In this document: in pieces, positions 27,922-39,100 of the stretch
Layout: every line of letters starts with the position of its first letter
How positions within the stretch are numbered: the first letter of the stretch is position 1
Source of the DNA: Bacteroidota bacterium
Lineage (GTDB): Bacteria > Bacteroidota > Bacteroidia > UBA7662 > CANHCV01
Assembly: GCA_947459245.1 (NCBI GenBank)
Contig: CANHCV010000003.1
Coordinates: forward strand, 8,597 to 72,596
Reading direction: 5' to 3'
Length of the DNA: 64,000 bases
Notes under the pieces: generated by a model
What the model saw: the letters and a program-made list of their open reading frames with translations, nothing else
Databases searched by the model: none
Told to the model about the DNA's origin: nothing
Position numbers and translations under genes: made by a program

Positions 27922-28595
27922 GCATTTTGGGGTTTAGCTTGGAAATTGATTTTATTTTCGGTTCCTTTCAGCAATCGTTGAATGTTCTTTCGATGGGTAA
28001 TGATCAAAATAAGGGGAACAATGGTAGCAAAGACGAACATGGCTATGCGGCCTTCATCGCTTCCAAATTTCATCACTTCACCGATGATGGCACAGGCTGC
28101 AAAGGCTAAAGCACCCATCATGCTGCCCAGGGAAACGTATTTTTTCCACCAAACCAGGGCTACAAAAACCAATAATCCGGCGAGTCCTCCTCCCCAATGC
28201 ATGGCTAAAACTACACCAAATATGGTTGCAACGCCTTTACCTCCTCGGAAACCTGCAAAAATGGGGTAAATATGTCCCAGAACTGCTAGCAGCCCCAAGG
28301 CAATTTTCATCCCAATAAATGTACTGGAATGGTAATCGGGAGAATCATCAAGGAAATTGATGAGACGAACGGCCATGAAACCCTTGGCAATATCTAAAAT
28401 CAACACGGGCAATGCGGCCTTAAATCCGAAAACCCTCAATACATTGGTGGTTCCTGCATTTCCACTTCCGTGTTCGCGAACATCAATCCCGTAAAACCAC
28501 TTGCCCATCCAAATGGAAAACGGTAAGGAACCCAATAAATAGGCAACACCTGCAGCTTCTAAAAAAGCAACTTCTGTAAACTTACTCCAAATCAT
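27918..28595 (-). CDS. plsY: glycerol-3-phosphate acyltransferase PlsY
   Basis: HGSGNAGTTNVLRVFG motif, about 5 TM segments, 225 aa. Confidence 0.9.
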   Translation of the reverse strand: MIWSKFTEVAFLEAAGVAYLLGSLPFSIWMGKWFYGIDVREHGSGNAGTTNVLRVFGFKAALPVLILDIAKGFMAVRLINFLDDSPDYHSSTFIGMKIALGLLAVLGHIYPIFAGFRGGKGVATIFGVVLAMHWGGGLAGLLVFVALVWWKKYVSLGSMMGALAFAACAIIGEVMKFGSDEGRIAMFVFATIVPLILIITHRKNIQRLLKGTENKINFQAKPQNA

Positions 28596-31500
28596 TTAAC
28601 GAAATCTCAATAACAAATCATCGTAGGTGGTAGAACTTCCTTGCATAAACAACGGATTCCCTTTCTTTATTTTGGCTGCTTTTTCATTCACCAAAGTGAG
28701 GTAGGTTAAATCGGAGCTGTAAATTTCAACCGCACCTTTTCGATGCGAGAAGAGGAAGTAAAGATCGGCAGTAGGTTCCAAATCCAAGTGAAACGACGAT
28801 CCCTCTACACCAAAATTGACATCAAATTTACCGGGAGTTTTCTTGTTTACTTGTTTTCCGCCCAAATTGGCCAAACCGAAATCTCCTTTCGATTTGAAAC
28901 TGCGGTAGGTATTGTCCCAAACCAAGTTCAATTGGGTAAACACCATTTGTTTCGACAAATTACCTTTATCGGGCACGCTAGAGTACAATTTAATGTCTTC
29001 CTCTACTTTTTCCCATTTGTTGGATTCAACAATTTGGGCCAAGTTGGACAAGGTTTGATCTCCATCATTCTGTTGGTCGTCCCACTCTCCGGAATTCTCG
29101 CCCACTTTTTCCTGAACGAACTTGGTTAATTCAGAAGGAATCGAAAAATCAATGGTACCTGATGCATCTATTCCAAAAGATTTTTTCTCCATTCCGTACG
29201 TCATTTTTCCAGCTAAGCGCATGGTCAAACCGGGTTGATTGTTGTAACCCAAATCAAACGGCCCTTCAGCTACGATGGTTTTGTTAGCAAAATCGTACTT
29301 GATGTAACTTCCAATGGGGCTTTCTTCCACCAATCGGGAAACGTTTCCAATGGAATAGATTTTCTTCACCTTATCATACACAATTACTCCATTGGTGGTA
29401 AACAAAATAGAATCTCCCGGATTTCGTTTTGCTAAAATTCCGGGATATACAATTCCACCGGAAGGCGCTAAGAAAAACCCGGAAACCAAGGTGTCTTTGT
29501 TTTCACTTACAAACAAATCGGTTTTGATGTAGGTCATCAATGGGTCAACCAAGGTATTGATAACAAAAGGCTCGGCGCGTTGATCCCTTGGCAATTCTGG
29601 AAGGGTAACAACCCCTTTGAACAGCAGTTCTTTTCGACCTCCGTACAAGCTAATGGTTCCGTTAAAATTAAATCCGGGATTTAAAAAGAACGGCTTTTTC
29701 TCTCCAATGTTGGCCGTGGCTTCGGTAACGCCAGAGTCGTTGCTGGCTACCAAGTTGAAGAAAATTTTCTGAATGGAATCGGTACTGTTTTTATAGGCAT
29801 AGAAACCATCTCCTTTGTACTTCAAACGGCTGATGATTTCCACAGAAGATTTGGTGATTTTGTGTCGCTCTTCAGCGGTATCCAACACGATGAGTGCATT
29901 TTTCAAAGGTAGAATTTTACCTGATTTCCCAACGGAAAGGCGCATGGAATCTGGGTAAACGTAGGCATCGGCGGTGATGACTTTTTCAACTCCACCGGCA
30001 TCAATGGTGTAATCTTTCAGTTTGAAGCTAGCCCATTTTGCATCGAACTCAAACCCGTGTTGATCCGAATCGGTAGAAGCAAAATGGGTCTCGGCTTTCC
30101 CGGCTGTTTTTGATCCCATCAAAACCTCTTTCGTATTCAAATCCCAATAGAATTCCTTCAGAGAGGTTTTGTAACTGTTGTAGCCCATGAGCACATCGGC
30201 CGACTCTCCGTTGGCACGAAATACTCCTTTTTTACTTTCAAAGTCGATGGAAGAATTGATATCGGCCGAAGCAAATGCCAGAATTTTTTTGTCGATGGAA
30301 GCGATGCTGATTTGGGTTTCGGGTGCCGACATTTTGGTATCGGAGAATTTAAACTCTTTGGATGCCAATTCCTCCTGACCGAAGGTTACAGAACCATCGG
30401 CCGACATTCCTCCAGGCGTGATCACAATCGTTCCTTTCACACCGGCATCCGAACCGAACACGGAAATGGGTTTGATGGTTGAATGCACCAAAAGGGTATC
30501 TTCTTTAGGATACCAGTGGGCATCCACTTTTTCACCTTCCACTTTCGGGAACACCCCTACCCCAAATCTTCCTTTGGCCACATCGAATTTATCAACCATG
30601 GCGTCCATGCTATCGGGCATGAAATAAAAGTTTTTGGAAATCGAGGTTGAACTTAAATACGTTAGTTTTCCTTTTCCTTGTAATCCGCGGCTATTGAGAA
30701 TAACCGAATCGAAGTAACGTCCTTTGTTACCATAAGCGGCGTACCCTTCAACCGGCGCTTTTTTAATGAAGCCCAAAGAAGTATCCGGCTGAATCACCAA
30801 CATCTCCTTGATGTCGGGAAAAATCCCTGCCGACACCAACGTTCCAGGAAAATCATATCCTCGTTTGGTGTTCACCAAATCCAAGGAGTCCATCGTAAAT
30901 GGATCTACCTTGAAATAGAATTTATCTTTGGAATAGGCACTATCGCGCAATTCATCGCTCTCCCAATAAACAAAACATGAAGCATTGCTTTTGAAAATGG
31001 GGAACGTGGGTTTGTCTTTCAACCCAGCTTTATTGTTGGGTTCATCGATCAACAACTCTCCATTGATTTTTTCAAATACCGTTCGAAGGTCGTATTGCTG
31101 GCGACGGCCATTGATTCCAACGATATCCGTATAAACCCTAAATTTCAAGGAATCTACGTTTTTCATTTTGATCTTGAACGTTTCGTAATCAAACGTAAAT
31201 CCATCTCCATAAAAATCCAACGGCCCAGCGTGTACGTGTCCTTCGAACGACATGCTTCGGTTTTTGCCAATGGAAATTTTATTGCCACGAGGTTCAACAT
31301 ATACGGAATGGCTATCGGAAAGCAACACCCGAGTTACTCCAGAAACGATCAACTCGTTGGTAGATAGATCCAAAAAGCCATTGTCTTTTCGTTTGATCAC
31401 CGAACGAATATTGATCACGTCATAATCGATTTTTTTATCGTTCGCATCCAAATAGTTATCCAACTTCTTCTTCACATACACCATTTCCTGCTGTCGATCG

Positions 31501-32975
31501 TAGGTAATGTAGCCTTCCCGGGATAGGTTCACCAACATTTCTTTCGCAGCAACTTCTGGGAATCCAGAGAACGACACGAACAAATTGGCACTAAAGGTGG
31601 TTTGCCCGGTTGATTTGATGAAGCGACGAACCAAACGAAGTGGATGGGTAGAAGTAATCCCACCGATTGCCTCGTACTCTTGTTCCGAATAAAAATTCAC
31701 ACTTCGGAAATCGGCAATCGCTTCCGAAAGGCCCGATGTTTTCCGAAAGGCAATGAAGCTACTGTCGAGATTCCACTGCAACGATTCTGCATCGATATCA
31801 ATTTGGTGGTAAGAATCGGTAAACGTAGCACGATTCATGGCTTTTACATCTTGAAAAAGCAATAAACGGCGATTATCTACCGTGTAATTGAACGACAAAT
31901 TGGGGTGAGTGATGGAATCCAAGTTCACATAAATCACCACCGCCGCTTGATCGGAAAGGATGTTTTTTTCACTGAATGAAAAGGAGGTAGCCGAGGCCTT
32001 CAAAACCAATTTTCCAGCTCTTTTCAGGGAAAGAACTGCTGGGTTTTCACGGGTACCCAACGCCAGGTATTTGGAACCTTGAATGGAGAATTGACCCAAA
32101 TAATCGATTCCAGGATAAACATCTTTGAATACGGTTCGGGTTTCTTTGGCAAAAAACTGAGGATAATTGCTCGTTTGCGTTTTGGAAGATGAAATGACCC
32201 GATCAGAAAATCGACCCAAGGTTGACTTACCTTGTGTGATGTAAAACACGGAATCAGCATCAAATCCTGGAACATCCAGGTTGATTTTATAGTCGGTTAA
32301 ACTAACGTAAAGTGAATCTTCCGGATAACCCATTCGCCTCCAATCGATCCTTCCGTTTTTCCCAACCCATTCTTTATCGGGAAAAACCGCGTAACCGCTG
32401 GTTCCCGAAATCACCGAAGAATCTACGTTAATGCGAGCAATTAGATCGGTTTCTTTCGCAACGATTCGAATCTTTTGATCGGGCATGATTTGAAACTCGT
32501 AATCGTTGGTTGAAATCTGCCATTTGTGACGAGGGGAAAAAAAGATGGTATTGTTTTCAAACAACTCGATCGACATTTTGGTAAAATCGGAGAATTCCTT
32601 TCCTCCCTTCAACAAAATGGTATCTAAAACCAAATGCCAATCATCGAACTTGGTAGCAAAACTCGGGCTTTTGGAAAGTTGAATGTTGGCATTCATGTAG
32701 TTCATGAAATACGGAAAAACGGTCATTTTCCTTGAAAGCATTCGGTTGGTGGTGGAAATCACCTGAACCTGTTGGTCGGGCGACATGTTTTTTTGGAAAA
32801 CTTGAATGAAGGCCTTTCCCATTTCTGAGTGTTCCTTCACCTTTGCGCGATCCATGAATTCCTGCAATTGTTTGATGTATTCGGCAGGGGTTTCTGAAAA
32901 GGATTTAAGGGTTTGGCCTTGAGCAATTGCCAACCAAAAAAACGCTACAAAAAAAGTCAGTAATCTACTTTTCAT
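28596..32975 (-). CDS. very large secreted or membrane-anchored protein of unknown function, 1459 aa
   Basis: Start chosen at MKSRLLTFFVAFFWLAIAQGQ (32975), which forms an ATGA overlap with the prmA stop. Beta-rich sequence with no T9SS tail. Its stop directly abuts the plsY start. Confidence 0.8.
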   Translation of the reverse strand: MKSRLLTFFVAFFWLAIAQGQTLKSFSETPAEYIKQLQEFMDRAKVKEHSEMGKAFIQVFQKNMSPDQQVQVISTTNRMLSRKMTVFPYFMNYMNANIQLSKSPSFATKFDDWHLVLDTILLKGGKEFSDFTKMSIELFENNTIFFSPRHKWQISTNDYEFQIMPDQKIRIVAKETDLIARINVDSSVISGTSGYAVFPDKEWVGKNGRIDWRRMGYPEDSLYVSLTDYKINLDVPGFDADSVFYITQGKSTLGRFSDRVISSSKTQTSNYPQFFAKETRTVFKDVYPGIDYLGQFSIQGSKYLALGTRENPAVLSLKRAGKLVLKASATSFSFSEKNILSDQAAVVIYVNLDSITHPNLSFNYTVDNRRLLLFQDVKAMNRATFTDSYHQIDIDAESLQWNLDSSFIAFRKTSGLSEAIADFRSVNFYSEQEYEAIGGITSTHPLRLVRRFIKSTGQTTFSANLFVSFSGFPEVAAKEMLVNLSREGYITYDRQQEMVYVKKKLDNYLDANDKKIDYDVINIRSVIKRKDNGFLDLSTNELIVSGVTRVLLSDSHSVYVEPRGNKISIGKNRSMSFEGHVHAGPLDFYGDGFTFDYETFKIKMKNVDSLKFRVYTDIVGINGRRQQYDLRTVFEKINGELLIDEPNNKAGLKDKPTFPIFKSNASCFVYWESDELRDSAYSKDKFYFKVDPFTMDSLDLVNTKRGYDFPGTLVSAGIFPDIKEMLVIQPDTSLGFIKKAPVEGYAAYGNKGRYFDSVILNSRGLQGKGKLTYLSSTSISKNFYFMPDSMDAMVDKFDVAKGRFGVGVFPKVEGEKVDAHWYPKEDTLLVHSTIKPISVFGSDAGVKGTIVITPGGMSADGSVTFGQEELASKEFKFSDTKMSAPETQISIASIDKKILAFASADINSSIDFESKKGVFRANGESADVLMGYNSYKTSLKEFYWDLNTKEVLMGSKTAGKAETHFASTDSDQHGFEFDAKWASFKLKDYTIDAGGVEKVITADAYVYPDSMRLSVGKSGKILPLKNALIVLDTAEERHKITKSSVEIISRLKYKGDGFYAYKNSTDSIQKIFFNLVASNDSGVTEATANIGEKKPFFLNPGFNFNGTISLYGGRKELLFKGVVTLPELPRDQRAEPFVINTLVDPLMTYIKTDLFVSENKDTLVSGFFLAPSGGIVYPGILAKRNPGDSILFTTNGVIVYDKVKKIYSIGNVSRLVEESPIGSYIKYDFANKTIVAEGPFDLGYNNQPGLTMRLAGKMTYGMEKKSFGIDASGTIDFSIPSELTKFVQEKVGENSGEWDDQQNDGDQTLSNLAQIVESNKWEKVEEDIKLYSSVPDKGNLSKQMVFTQLNLVWDNTYRSFKSKGDFGLANLGGKQVNKKTPGKFDVNFGVEGSSFHLDLEPTADLYFLFSHRKGAVEIYSSDLTYLTLVNEKAAKIKKGNPLFMQGSSTTYDDLLLRFR

Positions 32976-33799
32976 ACGGTAAATTTTACAGCCAACCAAG
33001 GCTCATTCAATTGAAATTCAACTTTTCCATCAGGAAGTAACTTCTCCAATTCTTTCCAATCGTGTTGGTAAAAACCGCTGAAATAAATGCTTCCATTGGA
33101 TTGCAAAAGGTTAAGATACGCTGGAATTTGATCGATCAGAACGTTTCTATTGATGTTGGCGAGGATAACATCGAATTTTCCGGTAGCGGTTTCGCTTCCA
33201 CCCAAAACAATTTCAAAATCGGTAATTCCGTTTCGAAGTGCATTTTCTTTTCCATTTTCTACCGACCAAGGATCGATGTCGTACCCAAAAATGGAACCGG
33301 CACCCAACTTCCGTGCAGCAATGGCAAGAATCCCGGTGCCGGTACCAGCATCCAAAACCCGCTTACCGTTCCAATCTTCCCGCATCATCAAGGAAATAAT
33401 CCCAGCTGTGGTGGGGTGATGTCCCGTTCCAAAACTCATTTGCGGCATGATTTCCAGCATGAGCGGATAGGTTTTTTCGATCTGATGAAACGGCGCATAA
33501 ATGCAACATCGGTCATCCACCAGAACGGGTTCAAATTGAGATTCCCATTGGGCATTCCAATTTTCTTTTTCCACCTCTCTCCACGAAAAGGGCAAACCGT
33601 TAAGCAGGGGAAATTCATCGAACAACGCTTCCACATCGTTGGTTGAAATGGATTCGATGGAACCGCAGGCCACCAATTGGCCGTCTTTCTCCTCAAAAAA
33701 ATCGAAACCGAAGTCGGCCAACAAGGCTACGGCTAATTCCCGTTGTTGTTGGTTGGACGTGATGGTTAATTCTAAAAAATCAGGCATGCAAACAATCAT
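32972..33799 (-). CDS. prmA: ribosomal protein L11 methyltransferase PrmA
   Basis: FGTGHHPTT and VLDAGTGTGILAIAARKLGA motifs. 275 aa. Confidence 0.9.
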   Translation of the reverse strand: MIVCMPDFLELTITSNQQQRELAVALLADFGFDFFEEKDGQLVACGSIESISTNDVEALFDEFPLLNGLPFSWREVEKENWNAQWESQFEPVLVDDRCCIYAPFHQIEKTYPLMLEIMPQMSFGTGHHPTTAGIISLMMREDWNGKRVLDAGTGTGILAIAARKLGAGSIFGYDIDPWSVENGKENALRNGITDFEIVLGGSETATGKFDVILANINRNVLIDQIPAYLNLLQSNGSIYFSGFYQHDWKELEKLLPDGKVEFQLNEPWLAVKFTV

Positions 33800-34535
33800 C
33801 TTGAAGCTGAATAATCGTTCGGAATTCTTCCATTTTTAGGGAGGCACCTCCTACCAATCCCCCATCGATATCCGATTGGGTGAAAAGGTCTTTCGCATTT
33901 CCTGCATTAACACTCCCTCCGTAAAGAATAGAAGTGGAATCGCCTAGGCCAACCTGCATTTCATTCAAAACTGAACGAATAAACCGGTGAACTTCCACGG
34001 CCTGTTCAACCGATGCTGTTTTTCCAGTACCAATGGCCCAAACCGGCTCATAGGCCAAAATTACATCCGTTGAAATGGGAAGTAACCCTTGCAGGGATTC
34101 CAACAACTGATTTTTGATGACCTCAAAATGGCGTTCGTTTTCCCTTTCTTCCAAGGTTTCGCCGATGCACAAGATGGGAACAAGTTGGTGTTTCCACGCA
34201 GCAACGATTTTTCCTTGGAGTTGGGCCGACGTTTCTCCAAATAGCGTTCGGCGTTCGGAATGGCCCAACAAGGTAAATTGACCTCCCAAGGCATGAACAA
34301 GTTCAGCCGATGTTTCTCCGGTGAATGCGCCGGATGATTGGGAAGATATGTTTTGAGCCCCGAACATCGCGTTTCCCAATTTCCATTGCTGAATACAACC
34401 CAAAAAAGGCGATTGAGGGAAATAAATTACTTGGGTATGTTTCGGAGCCTCAACGGCTAAAGATTCAACCAATTCTTGGGCAGTTGATGGCAAAAGGTTC
34501 ATCTTCCAATTGCCTGCCATGTATTTTTTACGCAT
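33780..34535 (-). CDS. tpiA: triose-phosphate isomerase
   Basis: MRKKYMAGNWKMN, GHSERR and AYEPVWAIGTGKTAS motifs. Start at 34535 is preferred over 34562. Confidence 0.92.
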   Translation of the reverse strand: MRKKYMAGNWKMNLLPSTAQELVESLAVEAPKHTQVIYFPQSPFLGCIQQWKLGNAMFGAQNISSQSSGAFTGETSAELVHALGGQFTLLGHSERRTLFGETSAQLQGKIVAAWKHQLVPILCIGETLEERENERHFEVIKNQLLESLQGLLPISTDVILAYEPVWAIGTGKTASVEQAVEVHRFIRSVLNEMQVGLGDSTSILYGGSVNAGNAKDLFTQSDIDGGLVGGASLKMEEFRTIIQLQDDCLHA

Positions 34536-35703
34536 CTTGCTCTGTTGAAGTTTCTTCAGCAAAAATCTGCTGAAAAAGGTTAACTAAGTTTTCATCAAAT
34601 TCCATTCCTCTTCGTTGGTAAACAATTTTTGCTGTCTCCAAGAATTTTGGAAATTGGTGAAGGATAAATCCGGAAGATCCACCCCATGAAAAAGAGGGAA
34701 TGTAATTTCGCGGGAAACCGTCACCAAAAATATTGGACCCCACGCCCACCACTGTTCCGGTGTTAAACATCGTATTGATGCCCGATTTGGAATGGTCGCC
34801 CATCATCAAACCACAAAATTGAAGGCCGGTATTATCGAACCGTTTGGAGGAATAGTTCCACAGTTTAACCGGGGCATAATTATTCTTCAAATTGGAAGTA
34901 TTGGTATCTGCTCCCAAGTTGCACCATTCGCCTAAAACGGAATTCCCCAAATAACCATCGTGACCTTTGTTGGAATAACCCATGATCACTGAATTACCTA
35001 CTTCTCCGCCCACTTTTGAAAACGGACCAATGATGCAATCTTCGTAAATTTTTGCTCCCATCTTCACCTGAGACTTTTCACCCAAGGAAAATGGTCCACG
35101 AATGATGGCCCCTTCCATCACTTCAGCATTTTTTCCGAGGTAGATGGGGCCAGATGTTGTGTTGAAAATAGCGCACTCGGCCTTTGCTCCTTCCTCCAAA
35201 AACACCAATGCAGGATCTCCAATAACCCGATTGGTTGAGGAAAGAACTTGGGAGGAACGACCGCGGGTGAGGGAATGGAAATCTTGTTGAATCCAAAAAC
35301 CTGCATTCGAGAAAATCTCCCAAGGTTTGCGAAGAACCTTGGCATCGAGCACTTCAAGTTTTTCCAATTTGGAAAGATCCTGCAAAGGATTGATTTTACA
35401 CGCCAAAACTTCTTGGTTGGAACTAACCAAACATTGGGAAGGAGTTAAATCGAAAAGCAATGCAAAATCTTTATCGGTAGGCAACCAACGACCATTGATG
35501 AAAAGATCTCCATTCTCTGATTTTCCAAAAACCGGATTCAAGTAACTCCTGAATGGCAAATTGGAAATTGAGGTTGGGGATAACCCCTGCTTCCAACGCT
35601 CTACATTGGTAAGGATACCGGTACGCAAATAGGCGGAAGGTTTCGATAAAGTAAAGGGTCGTAAATGCTCCGAAGACGCATCGTCGAATAACACAACGTT
35701 CAT
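34528..35703 (-). CDS. putative sugar nucleotidyltransferase/acetyltransferase (GlmU-like, left-handed beta-helix)
   Basis: Start at MNVVLFDDASSEHLRPFTLSKP (nucleotidyltransferase N-terminus). Hexapeptide-repeat region (GAKIYEDCIIGPFSKVGGEVGNSVIMGYSNKGHDGYLGNSVLG). Confidence 0.75.
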   Translation of the reverse strand: MNVVLFDDASSEHLRPFTLSKPSAYLRTGILTNVERWKQGLSPTSISNLPFRSYLNPVFGKSENGDLFINGRWLPTDKDFALLFDLTPSQCLVSSNQEVLACKINPLQDLSKLEKLEVLDAKVLRKPWEIFSNAGFWIQQDFHSLTRGRSSQVLSSTNRVIGDPALVFLEEGAKAECAIFNTTSGPIYLGKNAEVMEGAIIRGPFSLGEKSQVKMGAKIYEDCIIGPFSKVGGEVGNSVIMGYSNKGHDGYLGNSVLGEWCNLGADTNTSNLKNNYAPVKLWNYSSKRFDNTGLQFCGLMMGDHSKSGINTMFNTGTVVGVGSNIFGDGFPRNYIPSFSWGGSSGFILHQFPKFLETAKIVYQRRGMEFDENLVNLFQQIFAEETSTEQDA

Positions 35704-35718
35704 AGCATAAAAATAAAA

Positions 35719-35744
35719 CACCCCGAGCGTAAAAACTCGGGGTG
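35719..35744 (-). terminator. rho-independent terminator of rpmE
   Basis: The minus strand reads CACCCCGAG-TTTTTACG-CTCGGGGTG followed by TTTTATTTT, 25 nt after the L31 stop. Confidence 0.7.
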
Positions 35745-35769
35745 TGTATAAAAACAAAGAAAAGTTTTC

Positions 35770-36018
35770 TTATTTCTTGTTGTACTTGTTACGGAACTTA
35801 TCGATACGACCAGCAGTATCTACGAAGGTTTGTTTACCTGTGTAGAAAGGGTGAGATTTGTGAGAAATCTCGACTTTAACCACTGGATACTCGTTTCCAT
35901 CTTCCCAAGCAGCTGTTTCTTTGGAATCAGCGCAAGACTTGGTCAAAAACATATAATCGTTAGAGATATCTTTGAAGATAACGGTTCTGTACTTTTCTGG
36001 GTGAATACCTTTTTTCAT
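35770..36018 (-). CDS. rpmE: 50S ribosomal protein L31, type B (no CxxC zinc ribbon)
   Basis: [17 protein letters not shown]...[25 protein letters not shown]. 82 aa. Confidence 0.9.
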   Translation of the reverse strand: MKKGIHPEKYRTVIFKDISNDYMFLTKSCADSKETAAWEDGNEYPVVKVEISHKSHPFYTGKQTFVDTAGRIDKFRNKYNKK

Positions 36019-36066
36019 GAATCGAAATTTTGGGAGTGCAAATTTAATAACAAAATCGGAGTAACC

Positions 36067-36095
36067 AAAAAAAAGCGCCTGAATTTTCAGACGCT
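36067..36095 (-). terminator. rho-independent terminator of the 1787-aa gene
   Basis: The minus strand reads AGCGTCTGAAAATTCAGGCGCT followed by TTTTTTTT, starting 8 nt after the stop at 36104. Confidence 0.6.
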
Positions 36096-36103
36096 TTTCA
36101 ATT

Positions 36104-39100
36104 TTATTTTGCGATCATTAATTTTTGTGTCGTTTTCAGGCCTTGGTACTGCAAAGTAATGAAGTAAGCACCTGCTGGAATTTGAGTGGTATTCAAATCG
36201 ATTTGATTTTGTCCTGCGGTTAGAACACCCAAATCTTTTACTTCGATCACTTTGCCGGTAAGATCCTGAATTTGGTAAACCACACGGCCAGCGAAAGGCA
36301 ATGCGAAGCTCCAGGTTGCACGATCGGAAGTAGGATTAGGATAGATTTGATTCACTACCCACGATTCGCCTTTTAGGTTGCGAACAGAAGTAGGTTTACA
36401 AGCAGAACCCGAGTACGACAAACAGAAGCTATCGATGGCCCATCCTTCTTTATCAATGGTAAAGTCGGAGGAGAATCGGAAGCGGAAAATCACGGAATAG
36501 TTTGGAAGGGTAAATTTGGTAGAATCCAAACTGAAGGTATTTTTACCACGCACCCATCCGTTGGATTTACCGGTCCATCCACCACCAAACAAATTGGGAG
36601 AAGTAGAGAAATCCCACAAGCTTGGAATGTAATATTGGTTGAACCAACCTGATCCAATGGCTCCGAATTGCTCCCACTTGGTTCCATTATCAACTGTAAA
36701 TTCCAAGGTACCTCCGTCACCGGTCGTGTCCATGTCAAATTTGTGCATGAAGGTCATGTCGTAGCAACGGCCAGGAAGAATTCCAAAAATAGGGGTGAAT
36801 AAAGCGGAACTCGTATTCTTAGAATACAACGTATCCAATTCAGTTACCCATGCATTGGTACCGTTAAAGGCAGCATCCAAGAAATTTTTCGAGGGCGCTC
36901 CTTCTTGCCAATCGTTGTTGATCGGTTGGTAGGTTTTAGCGTTCAACGTTACCCACTTTGGTTTCCCAGAATCAAAATCGTTGCAATAAGGAGTCGATAA
37001 CAAATTATTGATGGTATCAAATGCGGTAGGTGTGTAGCAAAGCGTATCGTCGAAACGGTTTTGATCAATCGAATCGTTCGGCAACAAGGTCCATACACAG
37101 ATGTCATTTAAACCAGCGATGGGTTGGAAAACAAACGGATAAACGTAATCAAAACTATCCCCTGGTTGAATGCTTAATCCGGTAATGGATTGGTTGGGCC
37201 ATGTAGTGCCATTAATTCTAGCGCCCGATTGAACTTTCGTCAGCGGAAGAACCCCGGTGTTTTTAATATTGATCTTGAGCGAATCATTATCGCCTACTTT
37301 CAACAATGGTGGAATCGTAATCACCGCATTGGCTTTTGCAGAATGTTTCAACTCGTTGTAAACGGTGATATCGTCAATTCGAGTTCCGGCTGTACCACTG
37401 AAAGTGGGTGGACTATTTTTCGATTCTAAACCGATTACCATGGGTTTGCCCAATTGATAGTATGGGGATAAATCCACATCAATCAGATTATTCATGTTCG
37501 GATCGTTGTAGCACAAATACGTTTGAGAAGCTTGTACGCCATTCGCAGTAATTCGGAATGCAGCTTGACCTCTTAAGGTACCCGTACCGGTACAAACTTG
37601 GTGCAAACGGAACTTGATATGCACGTTTGTTTTGCCTCTTGTATCAACCAAAATGGCATCTTTTGAACGATAGGCCATGTTGGTATTTCCCCAAACGTTA
37701 GCGTTGGTAACATTCGTCCACGCAGGTGACGTTGTTGCGGCAGAGTATTCTAATCCATCTGTTCCATTGAATCCAACTGCACTAGCTGGTAAGGAAGGAG
37801 AAGCAGAACCTCCTACGGTATCTTGACAGATATCTCGCTTAGGATTGGAACCGTCAAAAGTCCAAGATGTATCGGGTACAACCATTGGGGTTCCGGTGAT
37901 GGTGATATTTCCTAGGCTATTGTTGGTTGGAATTCCATCGTGCAATTGCCCAAGATTCAAATAAAAATTATTCGGACCTGGAGCAATGCGAACAAATTTT
38001 CCAGGAACACAAATCACGGTATCACGCCCAGTTGCCAAATTCATATTTGCACCCGTAGCCGGAATAACAAACGAATCCATTGCTGCTCCATTGGGCCAAA
38101 AAATAGTCAAACTATCCAAGTTAGCATGTCCGTTATTCCTTACTCGAACACACACATCCGTTTGATTGAACGCCGGAGTACAAAGTCCATACACGGGACT
38201 CACCAAATTTAAAAATTGAGCCTCACGGCGATAAATTTCTCGAATGGAACGACAAACGGTATCGTTCGACAAATCACCATCATTAGGTACATCGGTAAAG
38301 AGACAGAGGCTATAAACTCCAAAAAACGAATCCAAAGAGGTAAATCCTGTTACGTCATAAATTCCAATTGCACCGGGAGCCAATGTATCGTTTGGTTTAA
38401 CGTAATTGGTAGCTAACCATTTCGGTCCAGAACGTCGAACGTAGTTGATGGGCACTTGGTAAAGCGTATCACGTCCAAAGTTTTTCACTTGAACTTGAAT
38501 GGTTACGTTGGTTGGCTGCGCCGTTGGAGCAGCAGCTGGACTTAAAATTGAGATCACACCTGCGTCTTTTGCGGGTGGCAATTGAACCGAGAAATTATCG
38601 AATGCAAATCCCTGTCCACCTGCCGAAGAGGCTACCAAGATGAATCGGAAACGTACCGGTGCTGTCTGATAATCAAAGATGGAAGGCAAACGCAATTCAG
38701 ATTTTACCCAACCACCTGAGTTACCCGTCCAAGCAGCTTCACCGCTTTGAACGGCATTGTACCAGAACTGACCATTCGGAGGAACAACCCCAGTGGTACC
38801 AAGGTTAAACCAGTTCAACCCGTTGTTCAAGGTGTATTGCAAACGAACTGCGCCGTTGCTTCCCATTGCACGATTTTGGAAAAACGAAATTTTCGTATTA
38901 ACTGCTGTTGAAAAATCGAAATAAGGAGAATATACCGTTGATACCGCATTCGGAGAATACGCATTAGCGGTTTGAGTAACCCAACAATTGGGTGCAGTGA
39001 AGGAGGAATTCAAATTAGCCTTTACAGGAGTACCCAATTGCCATTGTGGAGCAATAGAATTTTCCGTTCTGCTCACAAACATATTGGTAACAGTATCGAA

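Noticed and set aside
33062-33646. 194-aa plus-strand ORF, plus the overlapping 89-aa and 86-aa ORFs
   Set aside because: They are antisense to or out of frame with prmA, which has canonical methyltransferase motifs, and show no independent coding evidence.
35770-36018. L31 type B as a marker of a zinc-starvation paralogue switch
   Set aside because: There is no Zur-box-like palindrome upstream. To my knowledge the type B form is commonly the sole L31 in Bacteroidota, so this is probably the constitutive copy.
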